NCBI GenBank assembly: GCA_039799905.1
Contig: JBDLRP010000046.1
Span: 1 to 64,000 of the forward strand
Direction: 5' to 3'
From: Pseudomonadota bacterium
GTDB lineage: Bacteria > Bdellovibrionota_B > Oligoflexia > Silvanigrellales > Silvanigrellaceae
Length of the DNA stretch: 64,000 nt
The notes beneath the pieces were generated by a model. The model saw only the letters and a program-made list of their open reading frames with translations, made no database searches and was not told where the DNA came from. Position numbers and translations under genes: made by a program. The number at the start of each line of letters is the position of its first letter. Position 1 is the first letter of the stretch. Shown one piece after another: positions 10,754-20,301 of the stretch.

Positions 10754-11981
10754 TCACGTTTGCATGCTGGGAAGACACCGGTTCAAAGCGCGTGGACATT
10801 GTTCTGGCAATGTTCATGAGCCCCTGTGCCACCGCAGAATCCGGAAAATCCACACACACCGGCCTGCGGTTGCGCAGAGACTTCCAGACGACGTCATCAA
10901 AGATTGCCGAGCCAAGATATTCAGCACCAAAGCCAAAATAGCGCTGGCTGATTTGCGTGATGGATGATCCGATTTCGGCGTCAGCATTCGTGCGGACCTG
11001 ATTCATCACGACTCCAAGGTGAGTCATCTGGATGAGACTGAGAATCTTCTGACCAATTTCAGGCTCTTCAGCAGCGAACTTCTGCAGTTGTGCGAGCGGA
11101 GGTGTCGCAAAACGCGGATCACCCAGACTCTGCATCAAGCGTTCAGCCGCCTCTTCCTGATGAATGGCTTTCACAATACTCTGCAATTTTCGATAAAGAA
11201 CACTCTTCAAAAAGACATACGCATTCTCTATCGAAGTCGGCTCGGGAACCACAACGACGATTCCCGCATGCGAGAAGATGAAGAAGTCGAGCGTGTTGAC
11301 GTGAGTACCAGCACCCAGGTCGAGGATCACATAATCCACGTCGAGTCTTTGCAGCCGGCTAATCAGTCTGATTTTTTGAGCCGCCTGTGGACGGATCTGC
11401 TGCCAAAATTCCTGTCCACCGCCATAGAGTGTCAACCCAGGGACACCACCTGAAACTGCGACGTCCTCGAGGTTTTCAATTCTGCCGCTGACAAAATCAA
11501 AAAGTCCTACTTTCGGGCTGGGAACACCAAGGCACGTATGGAGGTTGGCGGCGCCAAAATCGAGGTCTACCAACGCCACGCGAAATCCGAGTCGGGTCAG
11601 TGAAACAGCGACGTTTGCCGACAAGAAGCTCTTACCAATTCCGCCCTTGCCACCGCCCACCGAGAGGATTCGTGGCCCAGTGGGAGCTCGGCCGCCCTGC
11701 TGGTGCCGCAAAGACTCACTGGATGAACCGCTGTCGCCGTGACCCGGTTCATTGCCGTAGTTTCCATTGTAGCGATTGACGGCAAGTCGAGGAACAGCCG
11801 TTTCCCGCTCGTCGGTTGCCAACATGCCCTCGCTCGCCTTGACCGCATTAGCGTAGTCGGCGCGTGACATGCTGGTCACTTCCAGCGGAGGCCGTGAAGC
11901 TTCCGTGTAATTTTTTGCGAGAGCCTGCCGCGCATCGCGCGACGGACGCCTGAACATTCCTTTTGAAATTGAAGAAAACAT
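10740..11981 (-). CDS. MinD/FlhG-like P-loop ATPase
   Basis: Deviant Walker A GGGKGGIGKS; DLDFGAANLH; ILDLGAG; PEPTSIENAY; ~100-aa low-complexity N-terminal extension. Confidence 0.88.
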   Translation of the reverse strand: MFSSISKGMFRRPSRDARQALAKNYTEASRPPLEVTSMSRADYANAVKASEGMLATDERETAVPRLAVNRYNGNYGNEPGHGDSGSSSESLRHQQGGRAPTGPRILSVGGGKGGIGKSFLSANVAVSLTRLGFRVALVDLDFGAANLHTCLGVPSPKVGLFDFVSGRIENLEDVAVSGGVPGLTLYGGGQEFWQQIRPQAAQKIRLISRLQRLDVDYVILDLGAGTHVNTLDFFIFSHAGIVVVVPEPTSIENAYVFLKSVLYRKLQSIVKAIHQEEAAERLMQSLGDPRFATPPLAQLQKFAAEEPEIGQKILSLIQMTHLGVVMNQVRTNADAEIGSSITQISQRYFGFGAEYLGSAIFDDVVWKSLRNRRPVCVDFPDSAVAQGLMNIARTMSTRFEPVSSQHANVSGMG

Positions 11982-12147
11982 TCCTCAACTCCCGTTACTC
12001 TGAATTTAATTCACAACTGACGAAAGCGACTCTTTGAATGCTAGCAGCGATCCGGACTGCCATCGTGGGGTTCGCCGCTTTTTTGGCTCGGTGACATTTT
12101 CCCAACAGGACTTCGAGAACAATCAGCGCAGCCGGAGCGTAACGGGA

Positions 12148-13176
12148 TCAGCGGGGGCTGGACTTTTCGAGGTTGACAAGATTGGAGCGAGTGATGCGTG
12201 ACTCGCTGATATATTGCGGTTTGTCTTTGGCGAGCAAGAGAAAACGCCGGTAATAGAAGGTAGCCTTGCTCTTGTCTGACGTTTCATAGAGCTGTCCCAA
12301 CAAGAAGTAGGCTTCCTCGGTATCGGGATCCGCTTTGGTTGCCCGCTCAAGGCGTGAAATGGCACGATTCTTTTGTTTCGACTTCAAATCGCATTTTGCC
12401 GCGCCAACCAAAGCCGAGGAAAGAAAAGGTCTGGCTTTGAGTATCACATTATACAGCGGCTCAGCCTTCTGACAGTTGTCGGCTCCGACGTATGCCTCAG
12501 CCAGCGCGTTCATCAGCAGAGTGCGCTCGGTGTCGGCGCTGATCTTGTCTTTGCTTTGCACGCTGAAATTGGCGCGCTCAACGTTGTTGAGAAGAACCTG
12601 CACCTCATCAAATTTCTTGAGTTTGTTCATAACGCTGGCAAAAATGAGTTTTATCTGGATGTCGTCCGGATTGTTGCGGTGCATCTTCTGGGTCATGGTC
12701 ATGGCTTTGTCGAAACTGCCCAAGCGGAAATAAGTCCAGGCGAGAGCTTTTTGAACTCGCATATCCTGCGGATTCAGCTTGGAAGCCTTTTGATAGAAAT
12801 TCATCGCTCCCTTGAAGTCGCTTGAGCCGCGCGTAGCTTCGCCCAAAAAATAAAAGACTTCGGCATCGGTTTTATATTCATTTTGAATCGAGGCGAGGGT
12901 TTTGTAGGCGCGTTTGTAGTCGCCCATCTTGACGAGGACGATGCCAAGATTGCGCTTGGCAGACGAATGCGTTGGGGATACACGCAAAGCCGCTTCATAC
13001 GAATTCGAAGCCGCAACGAAATCTCCACGCATCGCCGCAGCGTTGCCTTCGACCACAAATTTGGTCGTGTCCTGATTTTTGCCCGTTGTGGCACACGACA
13101 CAGAAAGAAGCGCACATGCTGCGATGAAAAAGTTTCGACCGCGAAATACCATTTGAACGACCTTCACTTGAATCAT
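12148..13176 (-). CDS. TPR lipoprotein
   Basis: Lipobox LSVSC followed by several TPR repeats; start could be 13176, 13167 or 13152. Confidence 0.8.
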   Translation of the reverse strand: MIQVKVVQMVFRGRNFFIAACALLSVSCATTGKNQDTTKFVVEGNAAAMRGDFVAASNSYEAALRVSPTHSSAKRNLGIVLVKMGDYKRAYKTLASIQNEYKTDAEVFYFLGEATRGSSDFKGAMNFYQKASKLNPQDMRVQKALAWTYFRLGSFDKAMTMTQKMHRNNPDDIQIKLIFASVMNKLKKFDEVQVLLNNVERANFSVQSKDKISADTERTLLMNALAEAYVGADNCQKAEPLYNVILKARPFLSSALVGAAKCDLKSKQKNRAISRLERATKADPDTEEAYFLLGQLYETSDKSKATFYYRRFLLLAKDKPQYISESRITRSNLVNLEKSSPR

Positions 13177-13766
13177 CCTCCAGTCTTTGAGTACCGCCAG
13201 AACTGCAGTTGGGCGATGCCGTATTTGCGCTCGTCTTCAAGCGACCAAAGCCGTTCGTCCGGTTGCGGAACAATGCGTCCGGTCTTCATTTCAAGAACAA
13301 CCAGACAAGCTTCTTCGCAAGCGCCTGTCCCCGCGATCTCTCTCAATGCAGCATCATACCAAGACGAGTCATAAGGCGGATCTGCCAACACAACGGACAC
13401 CTGTGCGGCAGATTTTGCCTGACTGGACCGGGAGGCTGCCGCACGAGTCAAAAAATCGTCGACCGAAGAATGAACAAGTGTGTAATCAGAGGAAGGAATC
13501 GAAAGGGTTTTGAGATTTTCCTCAATAACTCTGACAGCGGCCGCCGACTGCTCGACGAAGGTCACATGAGCTGCTCCACGGCTCAGCGATTCGATGCCGA
13601 GCGCTCCGCTTCCGGCAAACAAGTCCCAGATGATTGCACCCTCAAGCTCTGGTGCTAACATATTGAAGAGGCTTTCCTTGACACGGTCGGACGTTGGTCG
13701 CGTGACGTCCGTTCCGACCAAGGTCTTGAGGAGACGGCGCTTGTATTTTCCTGCTATCACACGCAC
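13173..13766 (-). CDS. rsmD: 16S rRNA m2G966 methyltransferase
   Basis: MRVIAGKYKRR, RPTSDRVKESLF, DLFAGSGALGIE, DPPY. Confidence 0.95.
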   Translation of the reverse strand: MRVIAGKYKRRLLKTLVGTDVTRPTSDRVKESLFNMLAPELEGAIIWDLFAGSGALGIESLSRGAAHVTFVEQSAAAVRVIEENLKTLSIPSSDYTLVHSSVDDFLTRAAASRSSQAKSAAQVSVVLADPPYDSSWYDAALREIAGTGACEEACLVVLEMKTGRIVPQPDERLWSLEDERKYGIAQLQFWRYSKTGG

Positions 13767-13804
13767 TTTGATTGTCCTCTGTGTTACGGGAACGATGCTT
13801 TAAT

Positions 13805-15535
13805 ATGAACACAACAACAGCGAATTCGTCCACTCCCGGCAAGGTTCAAATCAACCCGCATGTTGAGGCTCACGGAAATTATTCCATCGAATGGTCATAT
13901 CACTTTCCGCTGAGCCCCGGACAACGGATCGAAGGCGAATTCGAATTAATTTTCCCGAGCGACAAAGTTCCGGGTGCTGCACGTGACGCGCTATCGGAAG
14001 CGAATCTCTCTACCACGCGGTTGAGCTTTGCCGACAGTGCCTCATCGGTTCGTTTTCAGGCACTGATTTTTCACCGAGACACACTTTGGCTTCTCGGTGT
14101 CCTGGGAAAAGATTCACATCATGATGAAAGCCTCGAAACAGACCTTGTGCCGCGTGCAAGAAAATTTTTCCTGCACAAAGCAAAAGATTACTGGAGCGAT
14201 GCGTTCCTGCCGAGGCTTGGCATCATCTTTCAGTCCGATTTGAAGCGCTGCCGCTCGCAAATCAAAAAAATCATCCTCAAAAGTGAAGTCGACAAAGGCC
14301 CCGACTGGAGGGCTTACTACGCTGCCAAACGCGAATTGGTCAGCAGTCTGAGGGCTGCATACCGAGCCGTTTTGTCGCACCACATGTGGGAAGCTTTGTG
14401 TGCCAAGGAGCACAGCGTTCTGCAGGGCAACTCAAAAGGTCAGGAAGCCGAGGGCAAGGCTGAGGATTTTACTTTTGCACTCGCTGATCTCGCAGAATTT
14501 GTCATCATGCTCGCAACCCAGACAATTGGCGAATTGCAGGCAATTCTCAAAGACTCATATGATGCCTACGAAAGCCATTTTGCAGTTCTGCGCTCGGGAA
14601 GTATCGGTTCGAAGGCCGAGCTTGAAGCCGCGATGAATCAAACCAAGATCAACGTCCGGCGGGTTTCGGCGGAACAAAATTGGTTTTCAGAGTGGGCGCG
14701 GATTGTGAGTGAGTGGAGGCTCATGTGTAAGCTTCCCTCGCTTTCAGACGTTGCCGCCGACCCGCAGATGGCAGCCGATTACTTCGAACGGCTGCGCGAG
14801 CTCAAGCGCTTGCACTACACCTTTTGGGATTTGAAAACCGACCTCATCCCGAACGAAAAGAAAGTTGACTTTTGGATTGGCGGCGGCGCTGCGGCAGTTT
14901 CGGCAGCATTCGCATTTTTCGGTACATATATGTGGATTGTCTATCAGGGCATCGAGGCTTCAACGCTGCAGGAAAGCGGCGTCGTTGCCATCGCCATCTT
15001 TGCCGCCGGAAACGTGATTGTTTACGTTCTCAAGGACAGACTGAAAGAGTGGATGAAAGACAAGCTGCGAGCGAAGTTCAACCTCTCGGCCGGAAAATGG
15101 CTGGGGCAGTGCTATCAGCTTGTCAAAGACAAATATCACAATACTGCAAACAGAATTGAGGTGGCGACTGTTGAGCGCGAGACACGCTGGGATAGAGTGA
15201 AGAGCGGGTTGTCGTTCCGAGTTTGGGAGTCATTTCACATTGCACCCGAAGCGTCGGAAACTGCTGCGCGCATCGTGAAACAGACCTGGAGACTGCCGCT
15301 CGACGAAATTCTGCACAGCATGGACGATAGCCGTCACATACTCAAACTCCCTTCGATGGACGGCTTGCCGCGCGAAGTAATGGTCAAAAAACGCGCCATT
15401 TTCAACTATCGTTTTGTCGTACGCGTTTATAACTGGCAAAACCGTGAACTCACCCTCATCGACAACGCACAACTGGAAGGAAGGGTTTTGTCGTCGGGCG
15501 ATAAAATCACTTCAGTAGAATCTCGCAATTCCTGA
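13805..15535 (+). CDS. Hypothetical membrane protein (two TM helices in the C-terminal half)
   Basis: Long ORF; hydrophobic segments followed by YVLKDRLKEW; divergent from rsmD. Confidence 0.7.
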   Translation: MNTTTANSSTPGKVQINPHVEAHGNYSIEWSYHFPLSPGQRIEGEFELIFPSDKVPGAARDALSEANLSTTRLSFADSASSVRFQALIFHRDTLWLLGVLGKDSHHDESLETDLVPRARKFFLHKAKDYWSDAFLPRLGIIFQSDLKRCRSQIKKIILKSEVDKGPDWRAYYAAKRELVSSLRAAYRAVLSHHMWEALCAKEHSVLQGNSKGQEAEGKAEDFTFALADLAEFVIMLATQTIGELQAILKDSYDAYESHFAVLRSGSIGSKAELEAAMNQTKINVRRVSAEQNWFSEWARIVSEWRLMCKLPSLSDVAADPQMAADYFERLRELKRLHYTFWDLKTDLIPNEKKVDFWIGGGAAAVSAAFAFFGTYMWIVYQGIEASTLQESGVVAIAIFAAGNVIVYVLKDRLKEWMKDKLRAKFNLSAGKWLGQCYQLVKDKYHNTANRIEVATVERETRWDRVKSGLSFRVWESFHIAPEASETAARIVKQTWRLPLDEILHSMDDSRHILKLPSMDGLPREVMVKKRAIFNYRFVVRVYNWQNRELTLIDNAQLEGRVLSSGDKITSVESRNS

Positions 15536-16448
15536 CCTGCTCATTGACGAGTGCCTGATTCCAAAGGTCGAACGTTTCATGCAGGTGTTCGATGTCGAAT
15601 TCGTAGTCGTCAATTTTGCGGACTGGAACTAACCCACGCACGGAAGAGACAAGCGCACATGCCAGAACATCCTCATAGCTGCCCGCTTTGAGCGCATGCC
15701 AGCGGATTTCATGGCCCATCGCCGCCATCGCATTCTGCAGACACAAGAGCGTTGTTCCGGGCAGAACGTTGTTCTCCTGCGGGGCTGAACACAATGCTTT
15801 GTCGGACTTGCTCATCCAGACAAAACTCGCAATTGTCGACTCGGAAATCTCGCCGTTGGGATTCACCAAGAGCGCATCGTCGAAGCCCTCAATGATCGCA
15901 TCGTCAAGGCACATGAGATTCCAAAGGTAAGAACACGCCTTGATATCGACAAGCTCCTTTGAACGGGCGTCCAAACAGACCTTCAGCGAATAACCATGTC
16001 GGCGCATTTCATCGGCGGGGGCTTTTGCCGACCTACAGATCACCAAAATCCGCGGCGCTCTCAGAACACCTTCGTCGTCGCGATCGGGTTGAAGCGACAA
16101 TCCGTCACCGCCGGTCAAAATCAGCCTGACCGATTGCCGCTTGCAGGCGGCATCGCCCTGACTGTTTCTGAAGTGGGTCATACATTCGTTGAGAGCATTG
16201 CGAAGAACCTGTTCATCGGGACACGTCAATCGCGCACGCAACGCTCCGGCACGCAATCTTGCCAGATGCGCATCCCAAAGCACGATTCCGCCCTCAAGTG
16301 CGAGCATGGTTTCGAAGATTGCGTGTCCAAAGAGGAGTCCGCGGTCGGTCACCGGAATCATTGCAGATTCAAGAGAAGTGAGCTTTCCATCAATCCAAAC
16401 GGAACCTGTTTTCAAACTGATCTCTCCTGCTTGCCAATTCGTTGACAC
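15507..16448 (-). CDS. Class IV PLP aminotransferase / aminodeoxychorismate lyase-like
   Basis: DRGLLFGHAIFETM, HLARL, PLP-lysine region (IKACSY), ISEST, LPGTT. Confidence 0.85.
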   Translation of the reverse strand: MSTNWQAGEISLKTGSVWIDGKLTSLESAMIPVTDRGLLFGHAIFETMLALEGGIVLWDAHLARLRAGALRARLTCPDEQVLRNALNECMTHFRNSQGDAACKRQSVRLILTGGDGLSLQPDRDDEGVLRAPRILVICRSAKAPADEMRRHGYSLKVCLDARSKELVDIKACSYLWNLMCLDDAIIEGFDDALLVNPNGEISESTIASFVWMSKSDKALCSAPQENNVLPGTTLLCLQNAMAAMGHEIRWHALKAGSYEDVLACALVSSVRGLVPVRKIDDYEFDIEHLHETFDLWNQALVNEQVRNCEILLK

Positions 16449-16538
16449 CCGTTTTCCTGCAATTCAACAAATGAGGCTCGGCAACAATTCGTCTATACTT
16501 GCGGGCAGGACAGAATCATCACGCAAAGGGCCCAACAA

Positions 16539-18266
16539 ATGCAACCAATTGTGCGTCAGAGGGCGGCCGTTGCCGTCGTGAGTGGAATTGTGATTCTTCA
16601 TCTGGCCGGCTGCAAGCCAAGGCCATTCAACGCCCCCACGCCAAATCCCGAAGACGTTAAATCGTCACTCTCATCATTTAATTCCGATGATCCTCGCTGC
16701 GAGGTTATTGTCGCCGGTGGCTCGACCGCCGCTCTGGCTGCTGCACTGGCATCCGCACGCGAAAAGCGGCTGACTTGTCTTCTCGAACCGACCGACTGGC
16801 CTGGTGGGCAGCTGACCTCGTCGGGTGTCAGTGCGATCGACTTTTCGCATATCACCTCAAATGGTTTGCGCATCGGCAAAGAGAGTCAGCGTCCTGAAAA
16901 TCTCGAAAAGACGTTTTACAATTGGATGCAAGCACTGCCTGGAAATCCTGGTGGCTGCTGGGTTTCGGACAAATGCTACGAACCTGGTCCATTTGTTGAG
17001 AAGCAAATAAACCCGGCCATCGAGGCCGAAACATTCCTGAAGGTCTTCCTCAACACTGTGGTCAAGTCAGTTGAAGTGCGTGAAAGACAAATAACGGCAA
17101 TTAAAGCCATCCAGCGGACGGCCATTTCAGGAAGCGGCTACGAGCGCTATTTTTCTGAGGATATTGCCGACTGGTATTCCCCCAAAGACAGCGCAATCTT
17201 CAAAAAGAAACAGCTCACCTTCGGTGGCCGCGAAGGGATGATGCCAATTTTTATTGATGCAACGGAATTCGGCGACGTGCTCGTCTTGTCGGGCTCGCCA
17301 TGGCTGCAAGGAACCGAGGACTCCGACGGAAGCCTGAAAAACAACGACACCTGCGGGCAAGCAACGGTTTATCCTATTGCGGCGGTGCTCAACGATCAGC
17401 CCGTTTCTGAAGGCCCCAACCCGTTCCCTGTCGAGCATCCAGAGTTTTACAACTTCAGAACAACATCACGCTTGTTCTCTTGGTCCGAAATTTGGACTTA
17501 TCGTCGCTTGCGCGGCGCTGCGGGCAGCGGACCAACGGCAGGCGATATTTCCATGCAGAATTGGAATCCGGGGAATGATTATCCCTACGGATATCTCTTC
17601 CTCAACAAGGAAAAATCTCTTGCCCAGAAGTCTGACTGGATTGGAGGAGTCGACATTGCAACTCTCAGAGGAGCCGAGCGACACGCAATTGGATGGCATT
17701 ATTACTTCAAGTCGAAAGCGCCGACCGACATGCAAAAGCGTATCGCACGCGCATGGAACATTTTCGGCACCGGCACTGGCCTGAGTAAAATGCCTTATCT
17801 GCGCGATACGCGCCGTAGTATCGGTATCAATGACTTTGTCTTGAAGTTTGAAGACCTGACATCGAGCGGACCCAAAGACATCACGGGCGAACAGTTTGCG
17901 GATCGCGTGGGCATCGGCTCTTATGTTGCGGACTTTCACGGACTCAACACGTGCAAGTTGCCCGCCTACATGAACCGTGCCGACACTCTGCCGTTCTTCA
18001 TTCCGTTCCGGGCGCTGACCAACAAGAGCTTCGACAACCTTTTGGTCGCCGGCAAGACGATGGCGCAATCCTTTCATGCCAATGCGGCGACACGCCTGCA
18101 TCCGATCGAATGGCACTCCGGTATTGCTGCAGGAGTCTCTGCCGCTCATATGTTTCAGTACCAAATCAGCTCCAAACTGGCTTTCGACAACATCGCCGAC
18201 ATTCAAAACAGAGTTGCAAAGCATCAGCCCATCAACTGGACCCTTGGACAACGGGTTTACCCATGA
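16539..18266 (+). CDS. FAD-dependent oxidoreductase (FAD_oxidored-type), lipoprotein
   Basis: Dinucleotide motif VIVAGGSTAALAAA, GGQLTSSGVSAID, IDATEFGD, PYLRDTRR, RLHPIEW; lipobox LAGC. Confidence 0.85.
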   Translation: MQPIVRQRAAVAVVSGIVILHLAGCKPRPFNAPTPNPEDVKSSLSSFNSDDPRCEVIVAGGSTAALAAALASAREKRLTCLLEPTDWPGGQLTSSGVSAIDFSHITSNGLRIGKESQRPENLEKTFYNWMQALPGNPGGCWVSDKCYEPGPFVEKQINPAIEAETFLKVFLNTVVKSVEVRERQITAIKAIQRTAISGSGYERYFSEDIADWYSPKDSAIFKKKQLTFGGREGMMPIFIDATEFGDVLVLSGSPWLQGTEDSDGSLKNNDTCGQATVYPIAAVLNDQPVSEGPNPFPVEHPEFYNFRTTSRLFSWSEIWTYRRLRGAAGSGPTAGDISMQNWNPGNDYPYGYLFLNKEKSLAQKSDWIGGVDIATLRGAERHAIGWHYYFKSKAPTDMQKRIARAWNIFGTGTGLSKMPYLRDTRRSIGINDFVLKFEDLTSSGPKDITGEQFADRVGIGSYVADFHGLNTCKLPAYMNRADTLPFFIPFRALTNKSFDNLLVAGKTMAQSFHANAATRLHPIEWHSGIAAGVSAAHMFQYQISSKLAFDNIADIQNRVAKHQPINWTLGQRVYP

Positions 18267-18658
18267 CGGGAAACGACGGACAGTCCGCCGCGCACCCGAG
18301 ACTTTTGGTTGTTGATGATGAGTTGGAATTACGCACACTGCTGGCGATGAAATTCAGCAAGTCAGGGTTTTCAGTTGACGTCGCGGCAACCGGCGCCGAG
18401 GCTGCTGAGTTTCTGAGCCGCGAAAAGTATTCAGCAATCGTTTGCGATTTGAATTTGCCCGAAAACATGAATGGCTGCGATGTCTACAAAATTGCAAAGA
18501 CACACTGCGTAGATTGCACCTTCATTGCAATAACGGGGTACGCTCCCGATTCCCCGCAGGTCCAGAACGCTCGTGCGGCAGGAATACCGCACGTCTTTTC
18601 AAAACCGTTGCAGATGAAGGCGATTCTTGAAATCGTTTATCAAGAAAAATCAGCTTGA
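18263..18658 (+). CDS. Single-domain response regulator (CheY-like)
   Basis: VVDDE, phosphoacceptor in VCDLNLP, ITGY, KP; ATGA overlap with the upstream gene places the start at 18263. Confidence 0.88.
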   Translation: MTGNDGQSAAHPRLLVVDDELELRTLLAMKFSKSGFSVDVAATGAEAAEFLSREKYSAIVCDLNLPENMNGCDVYKIAKTHCVDCTFIAITGYAPDSPQVQNARAAGIPHVFSKPLQMKAILEIVYQEKSA

Positions 18659-19786
18659 ACTGACTCCGGCAGAATCGAAGGTCGCCATGTTGCGCAGCAG
18701 TGCGTCGGCGTCCTGAAGCAGTCCGGCAGCAAGTGCAGCCCCACTCCCCTCGCCAAGGCGCAGCCCCAATTGCAGCAGAGGCTTTAGATTCAGCCGAGAC
18801 AACAGCGCCTTGTGAATTTGCTCAGCACTCTCATGACTGGCAAGCAGCCATTGTGCAAACGAAGAATCACAGACGGCCAAAGGCGAAACAGCCGCAGTCA
18901 CAATAACGCCATCGAGCAACACCATCACTCCGCGTTCAGCAGCTCTCCAAGCCGCACCGGCAAGCGCGCTCAGCTCAGCTCCCGCAGTTTCAACAAGAAC
19001 AGAGTGTGCCCATGCAAGCGAGCGTTGCTCGTGAACTGCCAGCGCTCCGTGTGCACGCTGCACAGCTGCAGCAACCACCTCGGTCTTGCGCCTGATTCCA
19101 GCGTCATCCAATCCCGTTCCGCGTCCGACACACTCTTCAACAGGCAGACCCAAGACAAGAGCTGCAACTGCAGATGCTGCCGTCGTGTTGCCGATCCCCA
19201 TTTCGCCCAAAGCAATAACGTCGCACTGAGTTTTGCCAAGCAACTCGTCGACACACTGAACACCGGCATTCCAGCAATGAAGATACGCAGCCTCACTCAG
19301 CGCACTTGTCTGCGTGATGTCACGCGAACCCAATTCGTATCCGTCGTCTGGAAAATGCTGGTGGAGATTTTTCCGCTCGAACAAAATTTTACCGGCAGGA
19401 CGCAGGTTGAGGATGTCATCGAATCCCGCCGCAACTCCAACGTCGCAGACCATCAGCGTTGCGTCGCGGCGGGCTGCCAACTGACTGATCGCAGCACCGC
19501 CCGCAACGATATTTGCAACCATCTGTGGAGTGACCTCAGGCGGATAGGCGCTCACGGCATAGCGGCGCGCCACGGCATGGTCGCCTGCAAAAAGCAGAAA
19601 GCCAACCCGCAACGGCGTCTCGGATTGAGTTGCTCTTTGCGCAAGTATTTTCAAAGCAGGCTGCATCAGCGCATCGAGCGCTCCTGAAGGCATTGTCAGC
19701 CGGCCGTATCGCTGAAACAGCAATGCACCCTCAGCCGGCTGCGGCCTCTTCAAATTCAATCCGCTATTTGGAATCGCAAAACTCAT
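18650..19786 (-). CDS. cobT: Nicotinate-nucleotide:dimethylbenzimidazole phosphoribosyltransferase
   Basis: FAGDH, SAYPPEVTPQMV.N...GGAAI, GEMGIGNTT, GRGTG, LRLGEGSGA. Confidence 0.93.
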   Translation of the reverse strand: MSFAIPNSGLNLKRPQPAEGALLFQRYGRLTMPSGALDALMQPALKILAQRATQSETPLRVGFLLFAGDHAVARRYAVSAYPPEVTPQMVANIVAGGAAISQLAARRDATLMVCDVGVAAGFDDILNLRPAGKILFERKNLHQHFPDDGYELGSRDITQTSALSEAAYLHCWNAGVQCVDELLGKTQCDVIALGEMGIGNTTAASAVAALVLGLPVEECVGRGTGLDDAGIRRKTEVVAAAVQRAHGALAVHEQRSLAWAHSVLVETAGAELSALAGAAWRAAERGVMVLLDGVIVTAAVSPLAVCDSSFAQWLLASHESAEQIHKALLSRLNLKPLLQLGLRLGEGSGAALAAGLLQDADALLRNMATFDSAGVSSS

Positions 19787-20091
19787 TCGGGTTTTCTCAG
19801 TGGTGCAAGGTGTTGTTCAAAAATCTTTGGTGCATCTGCAGGTGTGGCGTTTTTGTGCCAGACGGCATCGGGATAGACGACAACTGCGGTGCCAAAAGCA
19901 CATTGCCCAAGACAGCCGGCTTTGTTCACACGCACTTTTTTTCCAAGTCCCGCGTCAGCCGCCATTTTCTTGAGGGCGGCGGTCAGCTCGGCCGCTCCCT
20001 TGGAGTGGCAACAGCCGCGGGGATCGCCCTCCGGCCGTTGATTTTCACAAACAAAAATGTGTTTTTCATAGAGAGTCATCGCGTCCGCCAC
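19783..20091 (-). CDS. Thioredoxin-like [2Fe-2S] ferredoxin
   Basis: HIFVC.N.R...GCC...GCLGQC..G..VVVYPDAVW; ATGA-coupled to cobT. Confidence 0.9.
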   Translation of the reverse strand: MADAMTLYEKHIFVCENQRPEGDPRGCCHSKGAAELTAALKKMAADAGLGKKVRVNKAGCLGQCAFGTAVVVYPDAVWHKNATPADAPKIFEQHLAPLRKPE

Positions 20092-20256
20092 CGTCTAAAA
20101 GGTTTGCAAATGATCTTCAAAAAACTAATCACTGTCTAAACTTTTGCCAAGTATATTCAGAAAGTTTTCCCTTGACCGCGCCGGCATTTTCAACAAAAAG
20201 CCGCAATTGACGCGCTTGAGTTGCGTCCAGAGCTGAACAGAAGCATCGAGTTTTAG

Positions 20257-20273
20257 TTGGCCTGAACCTTGCT
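20257..20273 (+). promoter_or_regulatory. Candidate sigma54 (-24/-12) promoter
   Basis: TTGGCCTGAACCTTGCT = TGGC-N7-TTGC with exact spacing, about 30 nt before the ATG at 20302. Confidence 0.55.
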
Positions 20274-20301
20274 GAGGTCCGCACGGCGAGGAGGAGAATC
20301 C

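Noticed and set aside
17951..18262. N-terminal extension of the response regulator ORF
   Set aside because: Overlaps the oxidoreductase out of frame; the ATGA junction at 18263 is the natural start
8173..19687. Long antisense ORFs (8173..9036, 17466..18338, 18812..19687 and similar)
   Set aside because: They lie opposite motif-supported genes, lack RBS and motifs, and are expected in GC-rich coding DNA
20092..20250. Cobalamin riboswitch upstream of ferredoxin-cobT
   Set aside because: No B12-box or GGGAA/CGGUG/AAUCCG core elements visible
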